64,000 nt of DNA from Hyaloraphidium curvatum SAG 235-1 (lineage: Eukaryota > Fungi > Monoblepharomycota), in the NCBI GenBank assembly GCA_025558095.1, contig JAIVFI010000008.1:682001-746000 (forward strand). Reading direction: 5' to 3'. Below, piece by piece: positions 32,645 through 44,944 of this stretch. Both the position numbers and the translations under genes were made by a program. Position 1 is the first letter of the stretch. Each line of letters starts with the position of its first letter. The notes below the pieces were generated by a model. That model was not told where the DNA came from. It did not search any database and worked only from the letters and a program-made list of their open reading frames with translations.

Positions 32645-34979
32645 ATGCCTGACCCGGGCGACTCGCTCGTGTCCGGCAGCTCGCTGGCCGCGGCCGGCGA
32701 CTCGCTTGCGTCGGCGGGGCCCGCGCCGTGGGGCGCGTACGGCGCGCCGGTGCCCTCTCCCGGTGCGGCGGCCGCGGCGTTCCTGCCGCAGAACACCGTC
32801 GCGTCGGGCGTCGAGGTCGAGATGGGCACCGACGGCTTCGTGCACGTGTCGGGCCGCATCCCGTCGGGGCTCGTCGACCCCGGCCCGCCGCCCCCGGACG
32901 TCGCCGCCGCCCTCGCCCTCGCCGCGCCGCCCCCGCCCGCCCCCGCCCCGCCCCCGCTGCCCGGCCCCTCCGCGCCCCGCCCGCGCATCAAGAAGCGCGC
33001 TACCTACCTGCGCTCGCTCATCTCGCTGCTCGCCTCGTTCCTGCTGCCCATCGTCTTCACAATGTGCTGGATGCGCACGCAGGTGCTGACCCTCAGCTCG
33101 CCAGACGCGTCGTGGGTGCTGTACAACGCACTCGGCATCGGCGCGCCGCTCGCCTTCGCCATCTACGGCGACCTGGGCGGCGGCGACGTCGACGTGGTGC
33201 TCTACACCGGCGCGGGATTCATGTTCGCCTTTGGCGGCATGTACTTTGCCTTTGCGACCCTGCCCAACCCGCCGCCGAATTTTCCCATGTGGGTCGTCGT
33301 GCTGTCTTGCATGCGCCGCTCGTTCTGACCCCGCCCTCGCCCTCCTTTCGCCAGGTACGCGCTCTACATCGCCATCGCGTGCACCCTCATCGGCTACTTC
33401 TTCCTCGGCGCCGCCGTGCAGCTCCTCCTGACCTGGCGCTGGCGCTGGATCGTCCCCACGCACATCGGCACCGTCTCGGACGAGGAGTTCGTCTGGTGGC
33501 GCACCTCGCGCCGCGGCAAGGGCACCACCCCCCTCACCGACTTCTACTACGGCGACGGGGTCGACCACTCCCGCGACACGCAAAAGAAGGAGCCCTTCAT
33601 GCCCGCCATCCCCGACCCCGAGCCGGCCAAGAAGGCCGCGGCCGAGGTGGTCTCGCTCCCGCGGGGGGGCAGCTACTACCCCGACGACAAGTCCAGCATC
33701 GCCACGCGGCACAACCCCGCGTGGGCGGACCCCGAGCCCACGGCCGGCGGGGACGACGGGGACGAGGAGGAGGGGTTCCTCTGGGGCTCGGGCGAGTTCG
33801 GCACGCTCGGCGGGCCGGGGCAGGAGGAGAACCTGCTCCCGACGGCCGAGATCCCCGCGCCGCAGGCCGTCTTCGAGAGCCTGGACCGGCCGATGGGGTA
33901 CAACTCCCTCTCGCGGCGGAGCACCAACTCGGACTTCGAGTACCCGACCAAGTTCGCCTCGGTCCCCCGCGCGGGGACCGCGGCGGTGCACCAGGGGGAC
34001 GCCAAGGCGCCGTGGTACGACCCGCGCTCGCGCGCGTGGACCGACGCCGCGTGGGCGTCGAGGTACATGGTCGCAAAGCTGCTGGTGTGGAGCCACGTTG
34101 CCGCGGGGACGTGGGTCATGACGATACACATGCAGAGTCCCGAGAGCTGGAGATGTGGGTTGCCGGCATGGGTGCGCCCGATGGCGACGGGGCTGACCTT
34201 TTCTCCCCCCCCCTTCCCAGGGTTCACGTGCTTCATGTTCCCCATCATCGTCGGCGCGCAGAAGTCGCTGGCCACGCTCGCGGTCCGCGGCATGCCCGAG
34301 GACCTGTACCACGTCATCCGTTTCGAGTCGCACTTCCTGGCCAGCCTGCTGTACCGCCTGCTCTTTTTCGTCGTGCGGACCACCTGGACCTTCATCTGGG
34401 TGCTCTTCGTCGGTGGGTTGCATGCAGGGGGCGGCAATCTGCGCGCCTCTCACGCCGCGTCCCAGAAATCGTGTACAAGATCTTCAGCATCGGCATCGTC
34501 TACATCCCCCTCGTCGAGGAATGGCGCTCGCACCGCTACATCACCTGGCTCTTCCCCGCGCCCGAGCGCGACCCCGAGCGGCGCAAGCGCACCATCGAGG
34601 AGGGCTTCTTCTACCTGCAGGGCGCCGACATCTGCACCTGCCTCGGCGTGTGGATCCTCCGCGCCGCCACGGGGCACATCCCCACCATGAGCCCCGAGGG
34701 CGACATGCAGCTCAAGTTCAACATCATGTTCCTGATCCAGCTGCTGGTCGAGCTGGCCATCGTGCCCATCTACTACTTTTTCGCGCGCGGGGTGCTCAAG
34801 GTGAAGGACTTTGACCCCCTGACGACGGGGTACGCGTACCTGTCGAGGTACCAGGTGCAGATGACGGTGTTTGCGCTGGCGTGCTACCAGATCAACCTGG
34901 GGATGCTCGCGTGGGTCTTTCGGGGCGCCCCGCCGGGATCCGCGGCTCACCTCCCGTTTCCCGCAGCATGGGGCTCTAG
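32645..34979 (+). CDS. Uncharacterised polytopic membrane protein; introns 33289-33354, 34155-34220, 34413-34465, 34911-34966
   Basis: Many hydrophobic segments split by a large hydrophilic loop, strong GC3 bias, and four GTGGGT...YAG introns that keep the frame. Confidence 0.7.
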
Positions 34980-35129
34980 AGCGGCGTCGGAGGTCGTTGG
35001 TCTGTCTCAGGATGATTTGCGTTGGAATATGTATGCAGCATGCACAGGAACACGTTCCGTCGAAAAACGAACCGCAGGCGGGGGTGGGGGACGAGGGTCT
35101 GATCGGTAACGCGGGGACAACGCGATGGA

Positions 35130-36731
35130 ATGCCCGCGCCGGAGCTCGCCCGGTCCCTCGGCCTGGCCCTTTTATCCGCCGTACTCCTTGGATTTGCGCT
35201 GTTTTCGCTGCCGGCGCCCGAGCGGGCCGAGTTCGCCGCGGCCCCGGCGCGTCCTCCCATCGCGGTCCTCCGCGCCCTCGACAACGCGACGGTGCCTTTC
35301 GACGGGGGCGCCGCACCAACGGACAACGCGTCCGACAATGGCTCCTGGAACCTACCCGCCGAACGCAACGATACGGCCCGGCGCAACGAAACCTCCGCGT
35401 CCGAGAGCGCTCCCAACAACGGCTCCTGGGCCGCGCTGCTCTCCCCGCTCCCCGAAAACGCCAACGCCTCCCTCCCCCTGTCGTCGCGCGGCCCGTTCCT
35501 CACCATCCAAACGGGCACGATGCCCGGCAACGGCAAGGGCATCGGGCACACGCACTGGGAGGTCTTTTCGTGCCTCGCCCTCGCCGCCGCGTTCCCCCCG
35601 CTGCGGGACCTCGCGCCGGGCAGGCGGACCGCGGTGGTGCCGCCGGCGGTCAAGTGCGGGCACGGGGTGGGGTGCAGGTGCGGGGACATTTACAGGCTGC
35701 AGGAGACGGTGCCGGGGAGGGAGTTTGGGGTCACGCGCGAGGCCGTGGAGGCGGCGGTCGAGAGCGGCGAGCTGAGGGAGGTCCCGCTGCCCGGCCCGTT
35801 CAACAACGGGAAGAAGTTCGGCGAGGCGCTGGCGGAGCTGTTCGCCAGGGAGGCCAACGAAACGAAGGGCGGGGGGGCGCTGGTGCTGCGTGCCGTCGAG
35901 CTCAACCCTTGGTCGTCGTGCACGCAGAACGTGCCCGAGGCGGAGATGGACGCGTACATGGGGCAGCTGCCGCCGATGGAGCACGAGTTTTACCGGCTGG
36001 CGAGGAGGTGGCCGACCCGGCTCGGCTGCGAGTTCGGGTCGCGGTCCGACGCGGCCAACGGCACCGCGGGCGGTGCTGCGGGCAAGCTGGCCATCGCGGC
36101 GCACGTGCGGAGGGGCGACTACAAGAGCAACAAGGGCCAGAAGCTCACCGGCAACGCGTGGTTCGCCGAGGCACTCGAGCACGCCGTCCGCTGGGCCTTC
36201 CGCATCCCCTACAACGACACGGGGCGCTTCCCCGACTCGATGGCCGATCGCGTCGAGATCCGGATATTCACCGACGGCACGCTGGAAGAGGTCTCCCCCA
36301 TCGTTGCCCGTTTCCCCGCGCGCATGGTGCGCATCCTCTCGCGGGACCACCCCTCCCCCCCTCCCAACGCCTCGGCCAACGCGACCGAGGAGTGGAAGCT
36401 CGACCACGACGCCGTCTCGGCGCTGCACAACCTCGCATCGGCGGACGTCCTCGTCGCACAGCAGTCGTCCTTCTCCCAGCCTACTCTGGCAATCTCCCCC
36501 GCGCAGATCCGGTTCCGACCGGGGGGGAGGCTTTCGAGCATCAGGAGTGCGGTGACGGTACCGCAGGGGACGGGAGCGCAGATGGAGCGGGTGTGGGATC
36601 TGCTGGACTTAAGGTGGAGGGACTACCTGAAGGCGCTGAAGGAGGACGCGGGGAGGTGGGCAGGCGAGTGGGATTGCCCGATGGGGAGGGCTAGGAACTG
36701 GGACGGGGGCGGGTTCGGGATCCCGTTGTAG
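35130..36731 (+). CDS. Type II membrane glycosyltransferase, fucosyltransferase-like (GT11/GT23-type motif)
   Basis: N-terminal TM anchor, an N-glycosylation-rich stem, motif IAAHVRRGDY, IFTDG and ADVLVAQQSSFS. Confidence 0.7.
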   Translation: MPAPELARSLGLALLSAVLLGFALFSLPAPERAEFAAAPARPPIAVLRALDNATVPFDGGAAPTDNASDNGSWNLPAERNDTARRNETSASESAPNNGSWAALLSPLPENANASLPLSSRGPFLTIQTGTMPGNGKGIGHTHWEVFSCLALAAAFPPLRDLAPGRRTAVVPPAVKCGHGVGCRCGDIYRLQETVPGREFGVTREAVEAAVESGELREVPLPGPFNNGKKFGEALAELFAREANETKGGGALVLRAVELNPWSSCTQNVPEAEMDAYMGQLPPMEHEFYRLARRWPTRLGCEFGSRSDAANGTAGGAAGKLAIAAHVRRGDYKSNKGQKLTGNAWFAEALEHAVRWAFRIPYNDTGRFPDSMADRVEIRIFTDGTLEEVSPIVARFPARMVRILSRDHPSPPPNASANATEEWKLDHDAVSALHNLASADVLVAQQSSFSQPTLAISPAQIRFRPGGRLSSIRSAVTVPQGTGAQMERVWDLLDLRWRDYLKALKEDAGRWAGEWDCPMGRARNWDGGGFGIPL

Positions 36732-36916
36732 CGGTGATGGATGACGACTGGATGATGCTAGCAGGAAGACGCGAGTGAAGTTCTTTAGTTCCTCATTGGG
36801 TATGCGTTGGTCGGCGGCTCTTCCGGAGATGGCCCGAAGCCGCCCTCCCGGCCCGAGGACACTCCCACGTCCCGAACTCACTCGCTCCTGCACGAAGGCG
36901 AAGGCTCCGCCCAAAG

Positions 36917-37813
36917 ATGGCCGGCAAACTCACCGTCTACGGCCTGTAGGTCCGCCGTGCGCGCGCTCCGGCCGAAGCTGAGGGCCGTCGCCCCGACGCG
37001 CCACCGCGTCCCAGCGACGTCTCCCAGCCGTGCCGCACGGTGACCTGGCTGCTCAGGATGCACGGCGTGCCGTTCGAATGTGGGCTGCTCACTGCCTATC
37101 TCGGGCGCGTCTGACCGCCGCCGTCTCATCGGGCCATTCGACCGCACCCGGGCAACCCGTTCGCCTCCCCCGAAGACGTCCGCACGAACCCCGGCTCGCC
37201 CAAGGGCAACGGTTCGCGAGCGCCCGAGTACCTCGAGAAGCTCTACGCCGCCGGCACCGTCCCCGTGCTCAAAGAAACCTTCCCCGACGGCCGCGAGGTG
37301 GTCATCGCCGAATCAGCCGCGATCGCCACGTATTTGGCCGAAACCCGCGGATGGGACGACGTCTACCCGCTGGGCGCAGACAAGGCCGCCGAACGCGCAA
37401 AGAGCAACCAGTGGACCCACTGGGCACACAAGAACGTGCGGCACCTCACGCAGGGGCATTTTGCCACCATCATGCGGCCCGACATCAAGTTCTCGCCGGG
37501 GGACGTGGAGACCAACAAGCGGACGGGGCGGGCGGGGCTCAAGACCATGGAGCGCGTGCTGGGGAAGAGCAAGTTCCTGACGGGGGACCAGGCGAGGATC
37601 GGGGACGTGGCGGTGTTTGCGGACGTGGGGCAGCTGCAGGACCTGGACCTGTTTGACTTCTCCGAGTTCCCCAACGTCAAGCGGTGGATGGCCGACATGC
37701 GCAAGCTGCCGGCTTATGAGGAGACGCACGCGCCCGTCTTCAAAATGATCTCGCCGGCGATCGACAAGGGCAAGAAGATGCTGGCGGAGCAGGCCGCCAA
37801 GGCCAAGATGTGA
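36917..37813 (+). CDS. Glutathione S-transferase, theta-like; introns 36946-37014, 37080-37175
   Basis: Motifs DVSQPCRTV, GTVPVL, IAESAAIATYL, ERAKSNQWTHW and FPNVKRWM. Confidence 0.92.
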
Positions 37814-37991
37814 GGGACCATGTTGCAGGCGCCGGTCGCCAGAACAAAGCACCAGAAGGGATCCGCAGTCGGAATCGACGGCAGGACTTGGAGCCGTCAA
37901 AAAGGCATCTTGTCAGGGCATCTTGTCAATGGATTCAATGCAGCTCATTTTCCACCTCTACTCCGATCTACGACTTGCTCCGCTTGCCACT

Positions 37992-39137
37992 CTACGCCTC
38001 CTTCCCGTCCTTCCCGTCGCCGCCTCGCTCCGTCTCGAGCTCCGCGATGCGCTTGCCGACGCTGCGCTCGAACTGCGCCCCCCAGATCTCGGCAAACAGC
38101 ACGCCCAGCGCGGTGGAAAACAGCTGCGCGCTCCCGAGCAGCGCGCTGAGCTTCTCGCCCGGGCTGCCCTCTACAGAGGCCGCGGCCATCAGAGCTGAAC
38201 TCGGCGCGGCAGCGGAGGGAGCACCCACTGTCCTTGACGCCGGGGATGGCATTGATGAGCGGCATCAGGGCCGGGAAGACGAAGCGGGTGATGGGGATCG
38301 AGGCGAAGATGAAGATGGCGAGCTTGGTCGCTGCGGGTGGCGGCCGCGGCCGCGGGGTCAGCTCGCGGAGGTCGAAAGAAGCGGGTCCGCGCACCGTAGT
38401 ACTGGTGGATCGCGACGCTGCTGGCCTTCTTCCTCCCCACGGGAGGGCGACCGACGGCAAGCCAGGAAAGCACCGCGGCGCGCATGGTGTATCCGGCCGT
38501 GAAGAGGCCCAGGAGGAACTGGACGGGGGCGGATCAGCTACTGTGCCCATGTCGGAGCGGCGAGCCCACCCCGCGCAGGTTGCCGTGCGCCTTGGAGTTG
38601 AACGTCAGCTTGAACCCCGTCAGCGCCGTCGGGATCAGGGAGAGGAAGATGACGCGGCCGTTCCAGCGGTGGAACTCGATGTTTTTCTGGCGGATGGCCT
38701 GGCTGAACTGCGAGCGGGGTTGCCCCCGGTCAGTGCCTCTCCGCAGTGCGCTGCCGCGAGGCCGCACCTGCAGCGCCGACAGCAGTCCCCACGGCAGCGA
38801 AAGCGCGTTGTGGCTGAACCAGAGCTTCCGCTCCTTGCCCGACCATTCCTCCGAGAACAGGAGCTTGCCCCACTGGAGGCCAGGCGGGAAGTGAGCGACG
38901 ACGCTTGCGACGGCGGCGCGCCGAACGCACGTTGTACGCGTCCTCCCTCGTCACCCCCGGCGCCAGGTCCGCGATGGGCCTGTGCGAGTCGTAGATCGCC
39001 TCCATGTCCTCCGGTCGCCCGTTCCTGAACTTGGAGAGGTGCGTTACGAGGGCGGAGAACGTGGTCGTGCCCTGGTACAGCATCCAGGAAACGGCCGCGG
39101 CGCCGCCGGCGAGCAGGGGAGGGAGCACGGAGGGCAT
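37992..39137 (-). CDS. DUF2306-like membrane protein; five introns
   Basis: Spliced sequence WFSHNALSLPWGLLSALQ|FSQAIRQKNIEFHRWNGRV matches the H...QF...R...HRWxGR pattern. All five GT-AG junctions preserve the frame. Confidence 0.7.
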
Positions 39138-39440
39138 GGCGGGGAGGAGAGCGGGGCTGTCTGCGTGTGGGAGCGGTGTCGTGCGCCTACGGTGTGATAA
39201 GCGGGCGCGCAGAGGCGGGGAGGGAGACAGGGTCGCGGGTGACCGTCCCTTCTTGGCGCATCATTCCTTCCTTGCCTCCACCGGGAGAATCTGAATGGTC
39301 CAAATGGCGTTGCACCCGGCATCGCAGACTTGCATGAAGATCCCGTTCTAGCCAAATCAATGGCCGAATGGTGTGTACAGCTCTGTTCCGGACGAAGAAG
39401 ACCACATCAGAGCAATGACCAGAAAATGGTCCGCATCGCA

Positions 39441-40717
39441 TCACGGCGACCCGAACACGGTGAGGTGCCCCTTCGCCTGCAGATCCTTCCAAAACGGCAG
39501 CCCGTACGCCTCCTTCGGCCGCTCCCGCACCATCCGGTCCAGCTCCTCGGCGTCCTTCCCGACAAGGATGCGCCATTCGCCCGCCCGCACCCCGTCGAGG
39601 ATGATCTTGGCCGCCTCGGCGGCCGATGTGGGAGCGCCGTCCTCGAACGAGCGGTCGTCGGCGGCCCTGTTGGGCACAGGGTCGCGGCCCAGGATGAGGG
39701 CAGAGTTGGAACCGATTCCCGTGCCTGGCGCGCACGGGAGGGTGAGAAGCGTCGCGACGGCGCGGAGCACGGATGGACGAACCGATCCAGCCGGGGCAGA
39801 CCACCGACACTCCGACGTGCGGCGCGTGGATCTGCAGGTCGGCGATGAGGGCCTCGGTGAAGCCCTTGACGGCCTGAAAGAAACGTAAGAACCGTGCGGC
39901 GACGTTCGTGATGAGCGTGATCGTACGAATTTCGCTGCGCTGTACGAGGTGTGGGGGATGTGCGGGCCGATGGAAGCAAAGAAGCCGTTGACCGAGGCGG
40001 TGTTGATCAGGTGCGCTTTGTCCGCCTTTATGAGGTCGTCGACGAAGGTGCGGCACCCATAGTAGACCCCAAAGAAGCTGAAAGCCAGCAGTCAGGCGCT
40101 GCTTCTGACGAACATGGCGTTGGAAACCCACTCGACGTTGAAAACCTTCTCCCATTCTGCTCGGTCGCCCACCACGAAGCTCCCGCCGCCTCCGATTCCG
40201 GCCTGCAGTATCCCCCGTCACCAAAAGCTCGATAACAGAGCAAGACACGTCCACGCACGTTGTTAAACAGCAGGTTCACGTCGTTCCGCCCGTGCTGCTC
40301 CAGCGCCTCGGCCCGGAACCGCTTCCAGTCCTCCTCCTTCCCGGCATCTGCTACATGCCCTGTCACCTTCGACCCCGTGCTCGCGGCCAGCTTCAGCGTC
40401 TCGTCGATGTGGCCCTTGTTCACATCAGAGAACGCGACGTCGCAACCGGCGCTGGCAAGCCTCAGCACCAGATGCCGACCCATCCCATAGCCCCCGCCGC
40501 TGACGACGGCAAACCGGCCTGCAGAAGAAAAACAATGAGACAAAGTGCTTGGAGTTGTGCAGGAGCTTCGGCGCCACCCGGCACGTCGCGCGTGTCGCGG
40601 ACTTTCCGCTCCTCGCGCGAAACACGTCCGCCCGGCTCCACACGGGGTGATCCGACGCTGACCTTTGAAGTCCGGAAAGGCATTGCTCGGACCCTCTGCT
40701 GCGGACGCGTCCGGCAT
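39441..40717 (-). CDS. Short-chain dehydrogenase/reductase; multiple introns
   Basis: Motifs VVSGGGYGMG, LLFNN|AG, NTASVNG, catalytic YSAAKF|AVKGFTEAL and VVCPGWIG. Confidence 0.92.
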
Positions 40718-40868
40718 GGCTGAGGAGTAGACTTTGCGCGGGGGAGACAGTTTTGTCCGGTCTTAAAGCTCGCGTCCTTGCCTCACCCCCTCCCTGACTC
40801 CCTGAATCGACGGGCGCCCGTTGCGCTTTCCGGGCGAATCGACGCCGATTCAAGTGCTCCACAGCAAA

Positions 40869-42078
40869 ATGGAGGCTCAGGAGCAGGAGCGCGTGGAGGA
40901 GCCCGGGCCGGCGCCGCCGACCAAGGCCGCACGCGCCGAGCGCGATGACTCGCCTCCGGACCCGCGCCAGCTCTTCGACGCTTCGGAGCTCGTCCTATAC
41001 TCGCTATTCCTCGCGTTCCTGGTGGGGCTCAACACCACAGACCGCGGGCGCCAGGTCTACGCGAGCTTCGCCGCGAGGTTCCCCGACCGCGAAGAGCGCG
41101 CCAAGGCGATGTACTTCGGAATGCTCCCCACCGCATTCGCAGCCGTGTTCTGGTTGGTTCAGGGGATGGCTGTCTACTTCGTTCAAGCGCTGAGCCTCGT
41201 TGCTCTGCAGGGGATTCGGCGGCGCCCTCTCGCTCGTGGACCTGTTCCGGGGCCCGGCCTCCGTGTTCGGCTTCCGCGTGCAGAAGGACCGCGACCCGCC
41301 GTCCGCGCTGAAGCTTGTCAAGACCGTGGCGTTCGTAATGGCGTCGCAGGCGACGATCGGGGTGGTTCTGCGCGAAATCTACTGGAGGATCTGGAAAAGG
41401 CGCGGCGGCGTGAAAACGATCAACCGGATCCCCGGCGCACTCGAGTCCCTAAAACAGTTCTTTTTCCTGGAAATTACGACCCAGTTCGGCTTCTATTGGG
41501 CCCATCGTTTGCTGCACACGAAGCTCCTGTACAAGTACGTCCACAAGGTTTGCAGATTCAGGTCCCCCCGGTTTCGTTTCGGCCTGTTGACTCCGCCGCA
41601 CCGCAGATGCACCATGAGAACCCCGCACCCTTTGTCTACGCCTCGATTTACGCCCATCCTGTTGAGCAGATCATGGCCAACTCGATGCCGATCGGGATTC
41701 CGGCGGCGCTGTACCCCGTGCACCCCTCGGTACTATCCGTCTACAACCTGTGGAGGCTGTTTGAGGCGTTCACTGCCCATGCCGGGTACAACCTCCCGCT
41801 CTTCCCCAACACCACCTTCCACGATTTCCACCGTGGGTTTCTCCTGAGCCCTCGCCTTCCCGACCTAACTCATCTGCCCTGCCCCGCCAGACCGCTACTT
41901 CAAGGACAACTACGGCATGAATGCCGGTGGAATATTAGTCGACTACCTCTTCGGCACCTGCAACCCGTACCTCAAGTGGATCGCCCGGTACCGCGCCAAC
42001 CGGCACTGGCTCACGCGGCGCAAGATCGACCCTCGCCTGCCGGATCCGGACGAGCCCGAGGACATCGAGCAGATCTAG
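40869..42078 (+). CDS. Fatty acid hydroxylase / sterol desaturase superfamily (ERG25/FAXDC2-like); introns 41153-41210, 41548-41606, 41833-41890
   Basis: His boxes HRLLH, HKMHH, YAHPVE, AHAGY and FHDFHH, plus DYLFGT. Confidence 0.9.
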
Positions 42079-42258
42079 GGTGTTGGGCAGTGGGATGTAT
42101 CAATTGATTCCAACCAGGCTTGCGATGCGGTGTAAAGGACGTGGGAGACGCGGTTGATCGGCCAGGCGCCGCATTTGCCACGATCGACTTGCCATCTTCG
42201 CCGAGACTCCACAATCGCCGTTCCCGAAGCTGCAGCCGGCCCTTCCGAAGCCCTAGAA

Positions 42259-44110
42259 ATGCCTGACGGTGCCGAGGGCAGCGTGGCCCCGCCGCCGGGC
42301 GAGTTCCCGCCCATGGACCAGTGGGTCCCGCAGCCGCCGCTCGCCCGGCCGCCGCCAAAGCTGCCGTCCGCAGGGTCACGGGCGGCCGCGTACCCGACCT
42401 GCAGAAGTGGCTCGCCTCGCGGCGCGAATACAACTCGCGCGCCGCCGGACTTTGGCGGATCGGCGGCGGTTTGTATGATTTGACCGACTTTGTCGACAAG
42501 CACCCCGGCGGGGCCGAGTGGTTGGAACTCACGCGCGGCAGCGACATGTGGGCGCACTTCCCTGCCTCCTCGCTCGTCGGCCTGACGCCTGCGCGCCCGT
42601 GCCAGCACCGAGGCCTTCGAGGCCCACCACCCCAACATCAAGTTCGTCCGCGACAAGATCCTCCCCAAATACTTCGTCCGCGACGCCGACTGGCCCCGCG
42701 AAAGCCCCCTCACCTTCGAGCCCGACGGATTCTACAGCGTGCTCCGCAACCGCGTGTGGGAGCGCATCCGCGCGCTGGGCGACGGGCCGAAGCGGTGGTC
42801 CAACCTCTACTGCGATTCGGTAGCGCTGCTCCACGAGGGCTTGCTGGCAGCCATGGCGTACGTGGGGCCGGTCGTCGTGGGGCCGGGGAACCCGAAGGGG
42901 CTGGGGATCGGGTGGGCGGCGGGGCTGGCCTGCGCGGCGGGGGTGGTCGGGGGCGCCTTGTCGTTCATGGGGCACAAGTGGGACTTGTCTTCTCGCACTT
43001 GGGCAGTGTCTGACCCGCGGCTTCTTGTCCGTACAGCTACATCCACATGCGCGACTCGTGGCGGAGGTACTATGTGAACCTCGGCGGCGGCTCCGCGCGC
43101 AACTTCCGCATCCACCACGGTGAGCAGGCTGTCCTCCTCACCCTTGCGCCGCGATTCTGATGCCCGCGCCCGCACCGCCAGCCCTCAGCCACCACCTGTA
43201 CCCCAACACCTCCCTCGACGTCGAGTACGCCATGTTCGAGCGGCTGGGCGCCTACGCCTGGCCGCACCAGCCGCGCATGGCCGACAGGCCGGTGCGCAAC
43301 TTCCTCGCGTTCCAGGCCAAGTTCATCACGGGGGGGCCGCTCCTCTTCCTTCTGCAGCCGTGGCTGTACGCTTCGGGCAAGATGCGGCAGCCGCTGAACG
43401 GTGGGCCCGAATGGGCTCGCCGCCCTTCCTGTCACGGAGGGCTCATCAAATTGATATCCTCGCAGAGTACTTCAACTGGTGGAACACGCTCGCCCAGATC
43501 CCCATCCGGCTCCTCGCAATCGCCCAGACCGACCCGAGCGCGACCGAGACCCCCGCCAAGCTCGCGCAGACCGCCTGCGTGGCGGCGGGGCAGACGGTGC
43601 TGCTGAACGCGGCGATGCTGGTCTTCAGGTCGCTCTGGGCGGGCAACGTCAGCATCTACTCGGGCCACATCTCCGACGTCTGCTGGAGGCAGGGCGACTT
43701 CCAGCCCCCCTTGGATTTCGGTCTTTTCCAGCTCGAAGCAACCACGGACCGCCTCGAACTGAATCGTGGCCTGCTGCTGCCCGTGCTCGCCACTTTCGGC
43801 GACCACTCGCTGCACCACCTCTTCCCGAGCGTCGACCACGCGTACCACGGGTACCTCTACGACGAGCTGGCCAAGACCTGCACCGAGTTCGGGGTCAGGT
43901 TCGAGTGGACTCCGTATTGGGGTGGGTTCGCCCCGCGGCGGGGACCGGCCGGTCGAGAGAGCTGACGAGGGAGCAGATGCGATCAAGGGGTTCTACCGCT
44001 CGCTTTGGCGGACGTACGGGAACGAGGAGCCGAGGAGGGTGGGGTGGACGGGGAAGGGGTACAGGGGAAAGGTCGAGGTGGACGTGGGGACGGGGGAGGG
44101 GAGCAAGTGA
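42259..44110 (+). CDS. Cytochrome b5 domain fused to fatty-acid-desaturase-like domain (cytochrome b5-related protein); six introns
   Basis: Haem motif [21 protein letters not shown] and His boxes GHNYIH, HHALSHH and HSLHHLFP. Confidence 0.85.
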
Positions 44111-44944
44111 GGGAGGGCGGGCGCGGCGCGGGTGTGCGCGCCGGTCGGAAGGTGGCGGGGCCGTGTTGTGGTCGCCGCACAAGTGAATCGCCGTTCGTGC
44201 CTTCGTGGTCCGGTCCGCATCGCCGTCGGTCTGTTTTTTCGGGGCTTGTCGAGCTTCATGTGCGGAGGCCGCCGAACATGTGCTGGCGCTGCTGACCCGC
44301 CCGTCGGAGAGCGTCCCCGTCAGCCCGCCCAATCACGGAGCATCGTGCGAAATCCCGGCGGATGCGTGTCCCGTGCAGGCTCTCCTCATCCTGGAGAGGC
44401 GGGCGGGGATCGGGAGGCGGCGGCCGGACCGGCGCGGGCCTCGGCCCGCGGATCGGCCACCTGCATTCCCCCTGCGAGGTGCACTGGCCCGCAAGCAGCC
44501 CATCGCGGCCGGGCCGGTCGGTCGAACGAAAGCGGGATCCGAGTGGGCAGCTGCTCAGCCGTGCGCCGTTCTGGACCACATCAGACTAGACCGTTCCAGT
44601 GGAGCGGGACGGACTGGAGCCAAAAAGCCGTGATCCCCGCCCTGGTTTTGTTGAGGGGCGGCGACCGCAACGGACGCATCTGCCGGCTCGCTGCCGGGCC
44701 GATGACGAATGATAGACACCTGCGAATGGGTCCGCACATTTGGGGAGGATGCGGATGCGCGGTTGTGGGGGAGATTGTCGTCCTGGAAAGGCGGAGGCGA
44801 TCCCAACGACCCACAGCCCCCGAGCCCGCAAGCCAAATCTCTGGAGGAGAAGCGTCACAACGCAAACCACAGCAGACACCTACAGACAGACCCCGCAGAC
44901 CGCGGCACCGCAAGGACGTTTTAGCACCGACCAGAGAGAGAGCG

